Below, piece after piece: positions 1 through 13,320 of a DNA stretch of 64,000 nt. The stretch lies in the NCBI GenBank assembly GCA_965287045.1, contig OZ336882.1:48236001-48300000 (forward strand), given 5' to 3'. The position numbers and the translations under genes were made by a program. Under the pieces are notes generated by a model that ran no database searches, had not been told where the DNA came from, and worked only from the letters and a program-made list of their open reading frames with translations. Source of the stretch: Carcharhinus amblyrhynchos. Its lineage: Eukaryota. Positions within the stretch are counted from its first letter, which is position 1, and the number at the start of each line of letters is the position of its first letter.

Positions 1-1248
1 GAAAGTAAATGGCAAAACTGTAGCACTTGTGAAGCCAGAGTGCCTCTCCAGAAGAGTCCGTGAATAAAGCTTATTTCAGGCCTGCAAACTCTCCTGTGTT
101 TACTACTAAACACAGAATCAGAATGCAGGAAATTATTGAAATTTTCTGTTTAACTATTAAGTGTCTTCTTTCTTATTTCTTGAGGCAGGAAAGCCAATTG
201 TTATTCTTGATCAGAACAATCACTGATGCTAGCAGTGGCAGGAATTTCTCTCCAGGGGGTTTGCGAAATAAAAACATATTTGACGTGGGATATTGATGGA
301 AATTGTTTACCTATTCCTTTATGGAGAGTTAGTTTTAAACATGGCTTATTCACTGGTCCTGTAATCGTTGATGTTCTTAATTTGTCTCTTGATGGTGTAG
401 ATTTCTCATTAGGAAATTATTTTGCTAGTGAAAAGGTATTGCTGTCTCCAGTGGTTTTGGGAAAGCCTGCTGAGACCGAAGGTGTATAGGAAAAGATGAG
501 AATCTTAAAGAAGTCAATGACTTTCTGCAATACTGCTGCATAAATTAATGCTTCAACAATAGATATATCCAAAATATCAAAAACACGCTGGTAAGTAAAA
601 GTTAATGGCAGCTGGAGACGAGCTAAAGTCGTCCAAATTCAGAACGCAGAAAAAAATGGGCAAGGTGTGGCAAAGCGGACAGCAACAGTATTCTAATGAT
701 GAAACAAAGGAAAGGAAAGCTTCAAAGAAGAATGGAAAAGCTGAATCTAGTGCTGCTATTACAGATGTGTTCTTGCATGTAAATTAAACTTCAAAGTACA
801 AGGCAATTGTGCTTATTAGAAGGGAATTAGACAGTGTTTCCCAAACTTTTCTGGCTATGAAAACTTTTTGACATCTCAAGAGTACTGACAGAACCCTTAA
901 GAAGCATTCCTGATATGTGGAAGAGTTAAACCACAGAAATTTGATTGGGCAATAAGTACAAGCATATAAAATCAATCTTACAGAAGTCTTTTCTATTTCT
1001 GATATGTTTACATTTATAACTAAAAAGTTATCTTATTTCATAAATAAGTATTTTTGTCATTTATAATGGGCAGTGATGCTGCTTCTACACACACACACAC
1101 ACACTCTCTCTCTCTCTCTCACTTGGTTTTATGGGGCTATGAATGCTGAACTTCATGAAGGTCATTTTTTAAAATATCCTTTTAACACAACGAAAGCAGA
1201 GAATTCTAGATGAACATTTCAGCTCAGAGACGTGTCCATGTTATCTCT
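1..1248 (-). other. Candidate long non-coding (5'UTR-like) exon of the gene driven by the 20.5-kb CpG island; runs off the left edge
   Basis: Minus-strand acceptor-like site TTTCTGTTTGAGTTTCACTTCCCATGACAG|AGAG at 1248. No recognisable TE, no long ORF, roughly 15 minus-strand ATGs. Inference only. Confidence 0.3.
1087..1120. repeat. Compound (AC)n(TC)n microsatellite
   Basis: acacacacacacacacac followed directly by tctctctctctctctc. Confidence 0.95.
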
Positions 1249-1889
1249 CTGTCATGGGAAGTGAAACTCAAACAGAAATTCAATTAAATAATGGATGGCA
1301 GTTTTAACAGTATTCCATAGAAAAAGGACAGTTGTTGTTTGAGACAGTGAGTCAAAGCAGCTATTGCTATGGGGAAACAGGGTGGACTGTTTTGTCCAAC
1401 CATGCAGAATGCTGCTGAGAGTCCAGTTTATGTTCAAAAGGAAGAAAACTGAATAGACGAGGCTCCTTCAGATCTCAGGAACAGGAAATTGTGCCTTGCT
1501 GGCGTATCTGGGAAAACTCAAGCTAAGTAGAACTGTTGAACAACAATGGAAGTTTTGGCCTGATGTGTTGGCAGAATGGAAGCTACCCTGAGAGATGGGA
1601 GTGACAATTAGACTGTTTTTATAATGCTACACATCTAACAGAAGTCACATTACATACATCAAAAGGGTTTCCTAAAATTTATTTTGTTTGCATTAATGCA
1701 AAACCTATCTTTTTCGTTAATTTGATGCATTAGCATTAATTGACGTCGATTTATATTGGTTTTAGTTAGCTTGTTACAGTAAAAGTCTTAAAATGTGGAA
1801 TCATGCCCTTTGATTCTTTCCACTGGCTGGTGGAAAATTAATCTTGTTCTAAAAAGTGTTCAGTCTCAATGAAAATCATCAGCAGTATT

Positions 1890-2250
1890 TAGAATCATAC
1901 AGCGCAGAAAAGGCCCTTCAGCTCAAGTCCAGACCGACACATTAAAAGCACCTGAAGGCCCACCTAATTCCACCAGCCAGTACTTGACCCACAGCCTCGA
2001 ATATTATAATGTGCTCATCCAGACACTTTTTAAAGGATGCAAGGCATTTCTTCTCTACCATCCTCTCAGGCGGCGCATTTCAGATCATCACCACCCTCTG
2101 GGTAAAGAAGACTTTCCTTACATCCCCCCTAAACCACCTGCCCCTCACCTTAAACCCATGACCTCTGGTGACCAACCCTTCAACTAAGAAGAATAGCTGC
2201 TCCTTATCCACTCGGTCCATGTCTGTCATAATCTTGTACACCTCAATCTT
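1890..2250 (-). mobile_element. CR1 LINE 3' fragment, degenerate
   Basis: Antisense CR1 3' end (agaatcatacagcgcagaaaaggcccttcagc ... caccaccctctgggtaaagaa ... cataatcttgtacacctcaatc), similar to other CR1 ends in the window. Confidence 0.75.
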
Positions 2251-2861
2251 CTTTGCTCATATGAAAACACATCTTTAGATGTCCTAATTATACTACAGCC
2301 ATGAATAAGGAAAAAAATTTGTAGTTAGAGAACTCCAGACTGGGAAGAGTTGAAGATTCTTGCCCTTCCTTGTCATTTGACCAAGGTTGGTTGAAAGCAG
2401 CCAAATCTGAACTACTGAAATGTGGTAATGAATTCCAATAAAAAGAACATGCCTTTTGAATCAAGTGAATATTTTCCAATTTCCTTGGTACAACCTTTGA
2501 TAAACCTGAGCAGATTCAAGGCAGAAGTTCTGGAATTACTGGAAGGGAAAAGCATTTTCATGTAGCATTTGGTGCATGTGATCAATTTCAAAAAGAATGA
2601 ATTCTAGTGAGCTAACCTTTGTAGATGTGAAATACCACCCTTTTCTTTTTGCTTCTTTAGGCAAGACAACAAGCCACACCAAGGCCTTAAAATTATGCTG
2701 TGAGCCACCAGCAGAGTTGTTAATCCACTTATGTTGGAGACTAAATACAACATCAAATAGTGGAGAGGAATTTCAAATTAACATATCAACACATCAATAG
2801 TATTGCACATTTACTTGTATTGCACAACACAAGTTCAAGATCATTATTTCTAAACAGACTC

Positions 2862-3540
2862 AGGGCGGGTGGGGGGGGGCACTATTCTCCCATCATGACA
2901 TGCTTGTTTTTTGACAAGTCGGGCCAGGAGATTCGTGTCTTCACCAATTCACGGGATTTGGGCATGCATTCCCAATGCGAGCACATCTCCCAACAGTTGG
3001 CGCCACGCTGGAAACCGGCAGGACCTGCAGGCAAGTAACTTATATCTTATTTTAATGTTACTTAAATGCAAGTATTGGGCCCAGGATTGAATTCTCTGGG
3101 CCTGATAGCATGCCCCATTCTGCCAGTACAATTTCACTCTGGTGGGGTTTACAGTAGCTCCCCATTTTCGAGGAACTAGAACTGAGGTGAGGAGAAATGT
3201 CTTCACCCTGTGGGAACTTTCAAGCGTTTACTGGATAGGCACGTGGAGCACACTAGAATGATAGGGAGGGGATAGCTTGATCTTGGGATTGGACATAGCT
3301 CGGCACAACATTGAGGGCCGAAGGGCCTGTACTGTGCTGTAATGTTCTATGTTCTATAAGATCCCATTGGACTGAAAGGAGGGGGGGGGGGATTGAGACT
3401 GGGTGGCAGAGGTGGTGTTGCCCCGAAGGGGCATAAGGCAGTACCACAGGGTGATCGCTGGGGGGGGGGTCCCACTGCCACTCTGCATTTGGATCAATCG
3501 GGTAAGAGAGTAAACAATCAGCAGCTTTTTCTAAAATACG
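2862..3540. mobile_element. Probable non-autonomous GC-rich interspersed repeat, interrupted by a CR1 tail
   Basis: Abrupt GC/CpG-rich block with G-runs and no coding capacity in an AT-rich background. Confidence 0.4.
3180..3357 (+). mobile_element. CR1 LINE 3' end
   Basis: actgaggtgaggagaaat...gagggccgaagggcctgtactgtgctgt, ending in a tandem (atgttct)n tail. Confidence 0.8.
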
Positions 3541-4204
3541 CCTAAGAAGCTACTGAGATAACACTGATCGGTACAGAATTCAAAACACTCTCCAGTTTAA
3601 CAAATACATTTGTGTGCATGATATTAGACAGGAATTTGAAGACTGTGATGACTTCCACTGACTCCCGAGGTACTTGAGCCTGTTTAACCTCACTGGATTC
3701 CTGTATATTTTTTATTTTTCCAATTTCTGTTACCATGCCACTTTTTGTTTTGCATTATTTTCAACTGTCACTTGTATCACCTTTTTCTTTTTTCCTTTTA
3801 TGGTTCCTTTTCTCTCTTTCTACTCCTTATTAGCTGCTCAGCTGTAACTTTGTTTCATTTTCCATATCTTGTATTCAGTACTTTGTTTCATATGGGCTCA
3901 GTTGAGGGTTGAACAGTATGTCAAGATTGCAGAGTTGGGGTCAGTTTGAGGTAATGGCAGGGAGAAGTCTGGAATTTGTGGTAAGGGCTAAAGCTGATGG
4001 CTTCAATGTTTACTGAGTCAGATCCAGGGTTGAATGTCAGCCTTACAGTATGAAAATACAGATGCACTGCACAACATGTAGAGGGTTTGTGAAGGCTGAT
4101 CTAAAAACTGTGGATGTGATCACCCAATGACAAAATACAGATATGTGAAAACTAAACATAGATTCATGGGTGCTTGAAGAACCGGGATAAGGTCACAGCA
4201 GGAG

Positions 4205-4455
4205 ATTATATGGCAAGCACTGCTGCCTCACAGTGCCAGGGACCTGGGTTCGATTCTTGGCATGGGTCACTGTCTGTGTGGAGTTTGCACATTCTTCCCG
4301 TGTCTGCATGGATTTCTTCCGGGTGCGTCTGAAAGGCATGTTGGTTAGGTGCATTGACCCAAACAGGTGCCAGGGTGTGGCGACTGGGGGAATTTCACAG
4401 TTACTTCATTGCAGTGTTATTGTAAGCCTTGCCTGTGACTAATAAATAAACTTTT
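4205..4455 (+). mobile_element. tRNA-derived V-SINE (HE1-like), non-CR1 tail
   Basis: gcactgctgcctcacag..gggttcgattc (B-box-like), V-domain tgtgtggagtttgcacattc, tail gtgactaataaataaactt. Confidence 0.85.
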
Positions 4456-4635
4456 ACTTTTTATGATGAGATACGTGGGAGTGAGATGTTGTTTGGGTTG
4501 CTTCAAGGACATACATCTGATTTGGACGATTCAACATCAAGTTGCAGAAAAGATGGGGCATGGCTATGGAAAGTGACAACATGTTCACAAAATTTTCAGG
4601 GGGAAAGCAGATTGCCTTTCATGGCAATCTTGGCA

Positions 4636-4905
4636 TGGGTGGCATGATGGCACAGTGGTTAGCTCTGTTGCTTCACAGTGCCAATGATCCTGGCTTGGGT
4701 CATTGTCTGTGTGCAGCCTGCATGTTCTTTCTGTGTCTATGTGGGTTTCCTCCAGGTGCTCCAGTTTCCTCCCACAGCCTGAAAGACGTGCTGGTTAGGT
4801 GCATTGGCCATGCTAAATTCTCCCTCAGTGTACCTGAACAGGCACCAGACTGTGACAACTAGGAGCTTTATACAGCAACTTAATTGCAGTGGTAATGTAA
4901 GCATT
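4636..4905 (+). mobile_element. tRNA-derived V-SINE (HE1-like)
   Basis: ggcacagtggttagc head, gggtttcctccaggtgctccagtttcctcccacag V-domain. Confidence 0.85.
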
Positions 4906-7579
4906 TGAGATTGCAGTTGGAGCAATAGCTTTCAAAGGACCAAAAGTTGCAGGGTGATATTAGAGGGCAGGGGTGTGTGTGTGTGTAAGTGGGGGAGAAG
5001 AGTTGGAGAGAATGGGGGACTGATAATGGTGGTTTTGAAAGGGAAAGTGAACCATTTGTACTCTTCAGCACGCAGGGATATTGGGAGCAAAGTTGAGTGG
5101 TCGGATTGAGGAGGACGAGGAGAAAATGAATGATAGAATATAAGGACAAAATGAGCCCAGAGGGTGAAGCACAAGGGGAAATAGCAGAGAAAACATATTT
5201 TGGAAAATCTTGGCTTGGCAGGCAAAGTTTGTGTGTGTGTGTGTAGAAGAGGGGTTACGATGACAGATGAATGATGGTTTAAATCTTAATGACAAAGAGA
5301 TCCATGAGTCTCTAAGATTTGCTGTTGAAGGCAAAAGTTAAGGAAATGGTGAGTATTTCATCACAGAACTGAAGGAAAGCGGGAGGATATCTTGGGAAGA
5401 AATTCAGCAAGGCTTGGTGGGCAGTGCACAGGAGTTATTAAGTAAGAAGTACATATGACATTACTGGTAGCAATCATCTAATTGCCAAATTGTGAATAAT
5501 TTTGATTTTATGATAGCATAAAGATGGCAATAGTCCTCCCCAAATAAATCTGATTTTTCACCGTTGGTTTACCGATAACTATAACCCTTTTGCGCCCCCC
5601 ATACCCTCTTCCTGTGAATTAATATTATTGAATTAACATTACTTTACTAAACCATATTATTGTTTTCCAGCTGTGATAATCCATAGCAGATTAGATATTT
5701 TAGACAGTTTGTCATCACAACATCGGCACCCAAATGGAACTTTTCAAACCTGTTATTTATATTAAAGCAGTATGTTCAACATAAACACTCCAGAAGTTGA
5801 TCTCTCTGCACTTGTAAATACTATATCCTTGTGACTTGGTTCACTAGCTTTAAATGGAATCTGAGAAATTCTTGGAAGGCAACTAATGTTATTACTGGAA
5901 AGAGTTGGAGTTGTATGGAGAAAAATCCATATAAAGAAGAAATGCAGATAGGAATGCATAATCCAATTCAAATTTGCTAAAATCTTCTCACTTACACAAC
6001 TGTAACCTAATGCTTTACATTTAAAAATGGTTTTGACAAGCTGGATGAACTTGTAAGAAAACAGTTTAGTAGCTCTGCAAATTCAATTACAGTTGAAGCT
6101 TTAGAAATTTGCTACATTAAAAATAAATGCACAAAAAACAGGTATGCATTACAGATTTTTCCATGAGGAAATTGTTCTTATATGAGATAAATATGAAAAA
6201 TTGAATGATTGAAAGCTTTAAAACAATTCTAATTTACACACAACTCATTTCATACATGAATTGCGATTTCACAAACAGAAATGAAGAATGACCCTGACTA
6301 AATGAAGCAATGCACATCAGGATGAGGAGTCAGAATCAGCTATGACGATCAAGCACTTCACCTTCATTCGCTTTCCAGACTCATTATGAAGAGACCACCT
6401 GGGCAAGACATCAGAAAACAAACATAACAGAATCATAGTGCAGCACGAACTGCTGTTTTCAGGAGTGGAGGTATGAAGGAAGATTGAAAAAAACACTTAA
6501 CCAAATGCCTGAAGTTTAAATTCATAAAGCTGCATTTTTTTAAATTTTAAAATGTAACTTACTGAATTGCCTAGGTTTTAGATCATAGTAAGTTAGAGGA
6601 AGTGCTATTTCACAGGAGGTGCAATACACCATGCTCTACTGCATTGCCAAAGTTAGCCTTATCCTTCAGGGCCACACTAATTGCTGAAAATAACACAACT
6701 TGACATTGTCAGGTCAAACTAAGTTGCTGTTTGCTGAAGAAAGCTTGTTTGAACTGAGGGTACTGTAAATAACAAATTCATTAAAAAAAACAAAATTTAT
6801 TTTTATTTTTCGCACTTAAGTTATTCTTAACTAGAACGTTTTCAACATGATAGACATATGTTTATATCATGTGGAACCAAAGAACTTTTAAACTACAGTC
6901 CCAGGCTACAAGTCTATGGTCTACACGAAGTCAATTCAACAACGACATAATCCTCTATGACTCACAACACAAAATCAATTTACTGGTTTATAAAAAGATA
7001 CGAGAACAAAAACACTGCACTTTAGTCAACTGACCTTGCATAAACACACTGCCATATGATTCAAGATTTTAAAATATTTATTTCTTTGGCTTGACCACAC
7101 AAATATAACTTGCAACTTGATTAAATGATAAATTCAATTAATTGCACTAATTTGGCACAGCTTGTTTGGAGCAGTGTGTTTTCTTCATTTAACATGAGCT
7201 TATTTTTCTGAAAAAGTTAAATTCTGAAGTAAATTACTGTATTTGTTTGACAGTTAGAATATATTAATGTTCATAATTACACCTCAGATAGCTGCTTTAT
7301 CTTCTAAAGGAAAATGAGGGATCCCAAGTGTTTTTTCTTCTACAGTTCTGTTTTTCCTTTAGTTGACTTTTCAAAGCAACATTTCTTAAGAGAACCAGAT
7401 TGGAAGGAAGGACAAGTTGTAAAGAGTTTGAAGTGACTCAGCAGTTGCCCTTGGGCACAGAATACCAGAGAACAGAGAATTAATTGTCGTGTGACAGTGA
7501 AAAGGGGCAGGGGGGACATAAAATTTGACTAGCAGATTTAAAGAAATGCCACAGTGAAATGCTGGCAAGAAGTATTGCT

Positions 7580-9045
7580 AGCAAGGCCAGCATTTATTGC
7601 CCATCCCCAAATGCTCTATGCAAAGTGGTGCTGAACCACTCAATCCATGTGCTATACATTAACCTTTTTTAAGGAGGCAGTTCAGGTTTTTGACCCAACA
7701 AATGATGGAGCATCAATAAATTTCCAAGTCAGGTTGGTGCGTGATTTGGAGGGGAATGTGCAGATGGTGGTGTTCCCATGCGCATACTGCCATTATTCTT
7801 CAAGATGGTAGAGGTTGCGGGTTTGGAAGATGCCGAAGGAACTTTGTGGAGCTGCTGCAGTCTTGTTGATGGTGCACAGTGTGTGCTGGTGGTGAATCGG
7901 GTGCACATCAAATGAGCTGCTTTGTCCTGGATGGTATCAAACTTCTTGAGGGTTGTAGGAGCTGCACTCATACAGGAACATGGAGAGCATTCCATCATGC
8001 TCCTATCTTTGGGAAGTCAAATAGGTACTCGCCATAAAATTCCCAATGTTTGACCTGCTCTTGAAGCCACAATATCTATATGGTTGGTTCAGTTAAGTCT
8101 CTGCTTAATGGTCAAGATGCAGATGGTGGGGATTCAGCAATGGTAATGATGCTGAATGCCAAGTGGAAATGGTTAGATTCTCTGTTGGTGATGGTTATTG
8201 ATTGGTACTCATGTGATATAAATGTTATTTTCACTTATCATCCCAAGCCTGAATGTTGTTCAGGTCTTTCTGCACGTGGGCATGACTATTTCAATATCTG
8301 ACGAGTTACAAATGTACAGAACATTGTGTAATTGAATATGCCCTCTTCTGACTTTATGGGGGGAAGTCTTTGATGAAGCAGTTGGAAGATCAATGTGCCT
8401 TGGACACTATCCTGAAGCCCTCGTGATGCAATGGTCTGGGGCAGCAATATTCTGGGCTGTCATGACTGGCTTCCAAAAACACAACTATGTTCTTTGTGAT
8501 AGGTGATTCTAACAGTTTCCCCTAATTCCCATGGATTTCAATTTTGCGCAGATTCTTTGATGCCACAGTCAAATGCTGCCTCGATGCCAAGGGCAGTCAC
8601 TCTTCCGTTCACCTTTGGAATTCAATTCCTTTGTCCATATTTGAACCAAGGCTACGATGACATCAGAAGCCAAGTGGCCCTGAGCATTGGCAAGCAGGTT
8701 ACTGTTGATTAAATGCTACTTTATGACACTGTTGATGACATCATCGATCATTTTGCTGAAGCTTAAGTGTGGGCTGATGGAGCAATAATTGGTTGGAATG
8801 GATTTGTCTTTTTTTTATGGATAGGTCACACCCGGGCAATTTTGCTCATGCTGGATAATCACAGTCTTGTCGCTATAATGGTGTGATCCAGGGCACTGGT
8901 AGTTCTGGAGCACAATGCTACAATGAAGATGTTGTCAGGGTCCACTATATTTGCATACCAGTGTGTTCAGCCATTTCTTGACAAAACATGGAGTTAACTG
9001 AATTAGTTGTAGATAGGCATCCGTGATGTTGGGGACCTCAAGAGA
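7580..9045 (-). mobile_element. CR1-clade LINE ORF2/3'UTR fragment (same family as 12720-13320 and 28050-31260)
   Basis: Minus ORF 7729-7998 (MECSPCSCMSAAPTTLKKFDTIQDKA) matches plus ORF 12790-13041 (MEYSPLAWMSAAPTIFKKPDIIQD). Confidence 0.7.
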
Positions 9046-10399
9046 AAGATCAAAGAGGAAGAGGTAGTGCTTCTAGCACTTTCCATTCAGCTGTTCCCCA
9101 TTACTGTTAGGTAATCATGTCCTCTTCACATTTCCACCATCTAGGGTAGCAGAAATTTGGAACCTTTTCTCCCACCACTACCCTGGCAAATCTTAGGATA
9201 GTTAGATATTTCAAACAGATATAGATAGATTTTTCTTAGATAAGAGTGTCAAGTGATATGGAGCAAAGGAAGAAAAACAAAGTTGAGGCTCAGATCAGCT
9301 GCAATCTAACTGAATGGTAGAGTGGCACCAAGAGGCAAATTAGCACCTGCTCACCAAATTAAGTTCATGTCATTATTGCACTGGGTGAAAATATTTTTAT
9401 GAAGGCACAAGAAACACAAGGCAAAACAAAACAATGGTTAAATTAAAAGTGTATTGTTGCTAATTTAAAAAAAAATTATTTTGGGTAAACCTGTGCTCTT
9501 GACATTAAGAGATTTGTGTTACTGAAGAAAAATGTACTATGAAATAATATTTAGAAAACATTGCGCAAATGGTGAGAACCTAATGACCCTGATTGTGCGG
9601 AACAGCAAACCAGCACAGGCATATTCATTTGGCATACAAATTCATAGCAGAAACGTGACATAAAAATATTAGACACAAGGTGCAAAAATTATTACGAGCT
9701 AAGTAAGCAATGCAGACAGGAAAATAATTTTAACAGATTACTTTAAACCTTAGTCTTCTCTCTGAGTTTAAGTATCTTCCCTCTTTATTTTTGTTCTGTT
9801 CCTAGTATCTTTTGCTAATTTTCCATAATTTTCATCAGCTTGCATTAGGAATTTAATTCTGATCAAGACTGAAATACACCGCTTCACTCAGTTTCAGTCA
9901 CTACTTACTGGAGTCAAAACATACAACTCTAAACTTGATCACCCCTTTAAAAGCACAATTTCCCACTGCACTGCTTCTACTTTCTTGAAAAAAACAGCCC
10001 AGGCCAATTATAATAACAAAGGTACTAAGCTTAAGTCCTTGTGACATGGACATTGTTTTTTTAGATACTACCCTGATACAAGCTGGTCATATCTGACATT
10101 CATCACAGTAATGCAGATAAAGATCAAAAATCCTTTCTAAATTCCAATGTGCCACTTGGAGTAGGTGGAAAAAATGTTTAAGAAGTGAATATTTTGTAGG
10201 GCTTAGAAATGACTCTTTTATGAGTTTTACTACTCTATCAAAAGTAGGTCTTAATAGAACTTAATTGATGCAGCAGTACTGGAATTATGCATCAAAATTC
10301 TAAGTTATGTGTGATCACAAACAAGAACAGGTATAGATCAATCCTTTCATCCCTCACAAGGGCACATGCAGCTCTGCAAAAAGAATCCACCATTTTAAG

Positions 10400-10710
10400 C
10401 TGCTAGCGGTGACTCAGTGTTTGCACTCATACTTCCAGTCAGAGGGTTGAGAGCTCAGCATGATGGAGACTTGAACACATAATATATATGGACATTCCAG
10501 TATTGTCTTTTTGATAAGATGTTAACACTTGGCACAGTCTCTGGTAGTTGGAAAAGAACCAATGGCACAGTTGGAAATAGGGACATTTACCCTCAGTCAA
10601 CATCTAAAACCAGTGACCTGTTTGTTTATTTCATTGTGGGATCTCACTATGTATTCATTTGTTACATTTTCCTGCATCTGAGACATCACCATTTATTAGC
10701 TTTTTGAGGA
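10400..10710 (+). mobile_element. Degenerate Deu-domain SINE (SacSINE1/AmnSINE-like)
   Basis: tRNA-like head, then gtctttttgataagatgttaa..atggcac..atttaccctcagtcaacatc..tgtgggatctcactatg, resembling the Deu domain as I recall it. Confidence 0.5.
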
Positions 10711-12365
10711 TATAACTAGGAGGGTGGATAGAGGAGAACCAATAACGTAGTATACCTGTATTTCCAAAAGGCATTTGACAAGGTGCCACATGAAAGGTTA
10801 ATAGGTAAGATAAAGGCTCATGAAGTTGGGATAATATATTAGCACGGATTTAAAACAGAGTGAGCATAAATGAGCTTTTTCAGGTTGGCAGGTATGCCGC
10901 AAAGATCAGTGCCTGGACCTCAGTTATTTACAATCTATATTAATGAATTAGATGAAGAGACAGAGAGTCTCTTCATCTAATCTGTGAAATGAATTCCACA
11001 GACTCACCATTCTTTGGCTGAAGGAATGTCTCTTCACCTCCATCCTAAATGATCTACCCTGAATCCTCAGACTCTGACTCCTGGTTCTAGACTCCCTCAC
11101 CATCAGGAATATCCTCCCTGCATCTACCCAGTCTTGTCCTGTTAGAATTTTATAAATCTCAGTGAGATTCCCCCCTCATTTGCCTGAACTCCAGCAAAAA
11201 CAATCCCAACCAAGTTACTCTCTCCTTAAAAATCAGTCCCGCCTGCCCCGGAATCAGCCGAGTGAATCTTCGCTGCGCTCCCTCAAGAGCGAGGACATCC
11301 TTCCTCAGAAAAGAATACCAAAACTGCATACAATATCTAGGTGTGGTCTCAAGGCCCTGTAATAATTGCAACAACACATCCCTGCTCCTGTATCCTAAAT
11401 CTTGCGCAATGAAGGCCAACATGCCATTTGCCTTTTTTATCACCTGCTACACCTGCATGCTTCCTTCAGTGACTGGTGCACAAGAACACCCAGGTCTGGC
11501 TGCATGCTCCCCTCTCCCAATTTACAGTAATTTAGATAGTAATCCACCTTCTCGTTTTTGCTTCCAAAGTGAATAACCTCATATTTATCCAAATTGTACT
11601 GCATCTGCCATAGATTTGCCCACTCACCCAACCTGCCTGGATCATTCTGAAGGATCTCTGCGTCCATGTCACAGTTCACCCTCCCACCTAAGTTGGCATC
11701 ATCTGCAAACTTTGAGATGTTAATTTTCTTCCCTCATCCAAATCATTAATAGATATTGTGAATAATGAAAAGTTATTCACTTTGGTCACGAGGATAGAAA
11801 ACAGAATATATTTTAATGTGTAAATGTTCATGCTCAAAGACAGTTGGATGTGCTTTTACAAGGAACAGAGAAATAAAAAATATACTTGCATTGGAGGTGG
11901 GATAGCAAAAGTTCATTAAATCAATTCCTGGGACGAGGAAGTTTTCCTATGGTGGGATTAAATTGGGTTTATATTCTCTATAGTTTAGAGGAATGAGAGG
12001 TGATCTCATTGAAACCTACATAATTCAGAAGCGGTTTAATCGGGTGGATGCTGATGTTTCCATTGGTCAGGGAATCTAAAACAGAGACTCACAGTCTCAG
12101 TATAACAAGTCAATCATTTTGGACTGAGATGTGGAGAAATTAGTTCACTCAAAGGGTTATGAAACTTCCAAATTCTTTATTTCACAGGTTATCACGTTCC
12201 ATTGTTGAATAATTTTGAGCTGGCAAAGACAAATGTTTGGTCTCTCAGGAATTAAGGGATATAGGGTACAGGGAAGAAAATGGAATTGAGGCCCAAGATC
12301 AGTCATGATTACACTGAATGGTGGAGTATTCTCAATGGGTTGTAAGCCCCACTCCTGTTCCTATT
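10711..12365 (+). mobile_element. CR1 ORF2 RT to 3' end, split by an opposite-orientation CR1
   Basis: gtatttccaaaaggcatttgacaaggtgccaca (F-Q-K-A-F-D-K-V-P), ttatttacaatctatattaatga; resumes at about 11765 and ends in a CR1 3' tail. Confidence 0.8.
10982..11765 (-). mobile_element. CR1 ORF2 RT fragment
   Basis: Minus ORFs 11440-11679 (RLGEWANLWQMQYNLDK) and 11159-11443 (KKANGMLAFIA...LEGAQRRFTRLIPG). Confidence 0.9.
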
Positions 12366-12719
12366 TTTTAGGTTATTACAAGTGGCTACGCTGCCAATCA
12401 ATTTTTCTTTCCCAAATAAATACTTTTGGATATCCTGAGGTTGTGAAAAGTGCTAAATAAAAATAGATTCCTTAATTCTTTATTTAGATCTTGAGACATG
12501 GTGTTAAGCAAGTGATACAAGTCAACATTTTATTCTCTTTTGTGCTCCTTTTCCCCCACCAAAATGAATGTTTTCTAGCTGTAGTAACATATTTAATCAT
12601 TCAAGTGGCAAACACAAGCCATCCCATTGTATCCTTTAGTTGCATTCTGCTATCAAATGCACAACACTATTATCCTGTAATTTGAGCATTCCTATGACAT
12701 GCTCAGTTTAAATTAAAAT

Positions 12720-13320
12720 TAAAACTGAATTGGCCTAGGCATATAAATACTGTGGCTACAACAGCAGGACAGAGGATAGGAATCCTGTAGTGAGTAACTC
12801 ACTTCCTGATTCCCAAAACCTGTCTACCTTCTATAAGGCACAAGTCAGGAGTGTGATGGAATATTCTCCACTTGCCTGGATGAGTGCAGCTCCAACAATA
12901 TTCAAGAAGCCTGATATCATCCAGGACAGCTCAGAGATTTGCAACTCAATATTCACTCCCTCCATCACTGATGCACAGTGTGTACTGTTTACAAGATGCA
13001 CTGCAGGAACTCACCAAAGATTGTTAGACAGCATCTTCTAAATCTACAACTACAACCAACTAGGACAAGGGCAGCAGATACATGGGAACCCCCATCACCT
13101 GCAAGTTCCCCTCCAAGCCACTCATCATCCTGATTTGGAAACGTACCACTTTTTTTTCAACATCACTGGGTAAACATCCTACAATTCCCTCCCTAACTGC
13201 ACTGTGGGTATATCCACACCATATGTATTATAGTGATTCAAGAAAGCAGCTCAACACCAATTTCTCAAGGCAATAAGTGCTGGCTTAGCCAGCAAACCAC
13301 ATCCCATGAGTGAATAAAAC
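12720..13320 (+). mobile_element. CR1-clade LINE 3' fragment
   Basis: ORF 12790-13041 (STFYKAQVRSVMEYSPLAWMSAA); ends cacatcccatgagtgaataaa. Confidence 0.75.

Noticed and set aside
588-596. Perfect plus-strand donor CTG|GTAAGT
   Set aside because: No sustained open frame or recognisable protein upstream, so no plus-strand coding exon can be supported
4205-4270. tRNA-like A/B box sequences here and in similar copies
   Set aside because: SINE heads followed by V-domains, not tRNA genes
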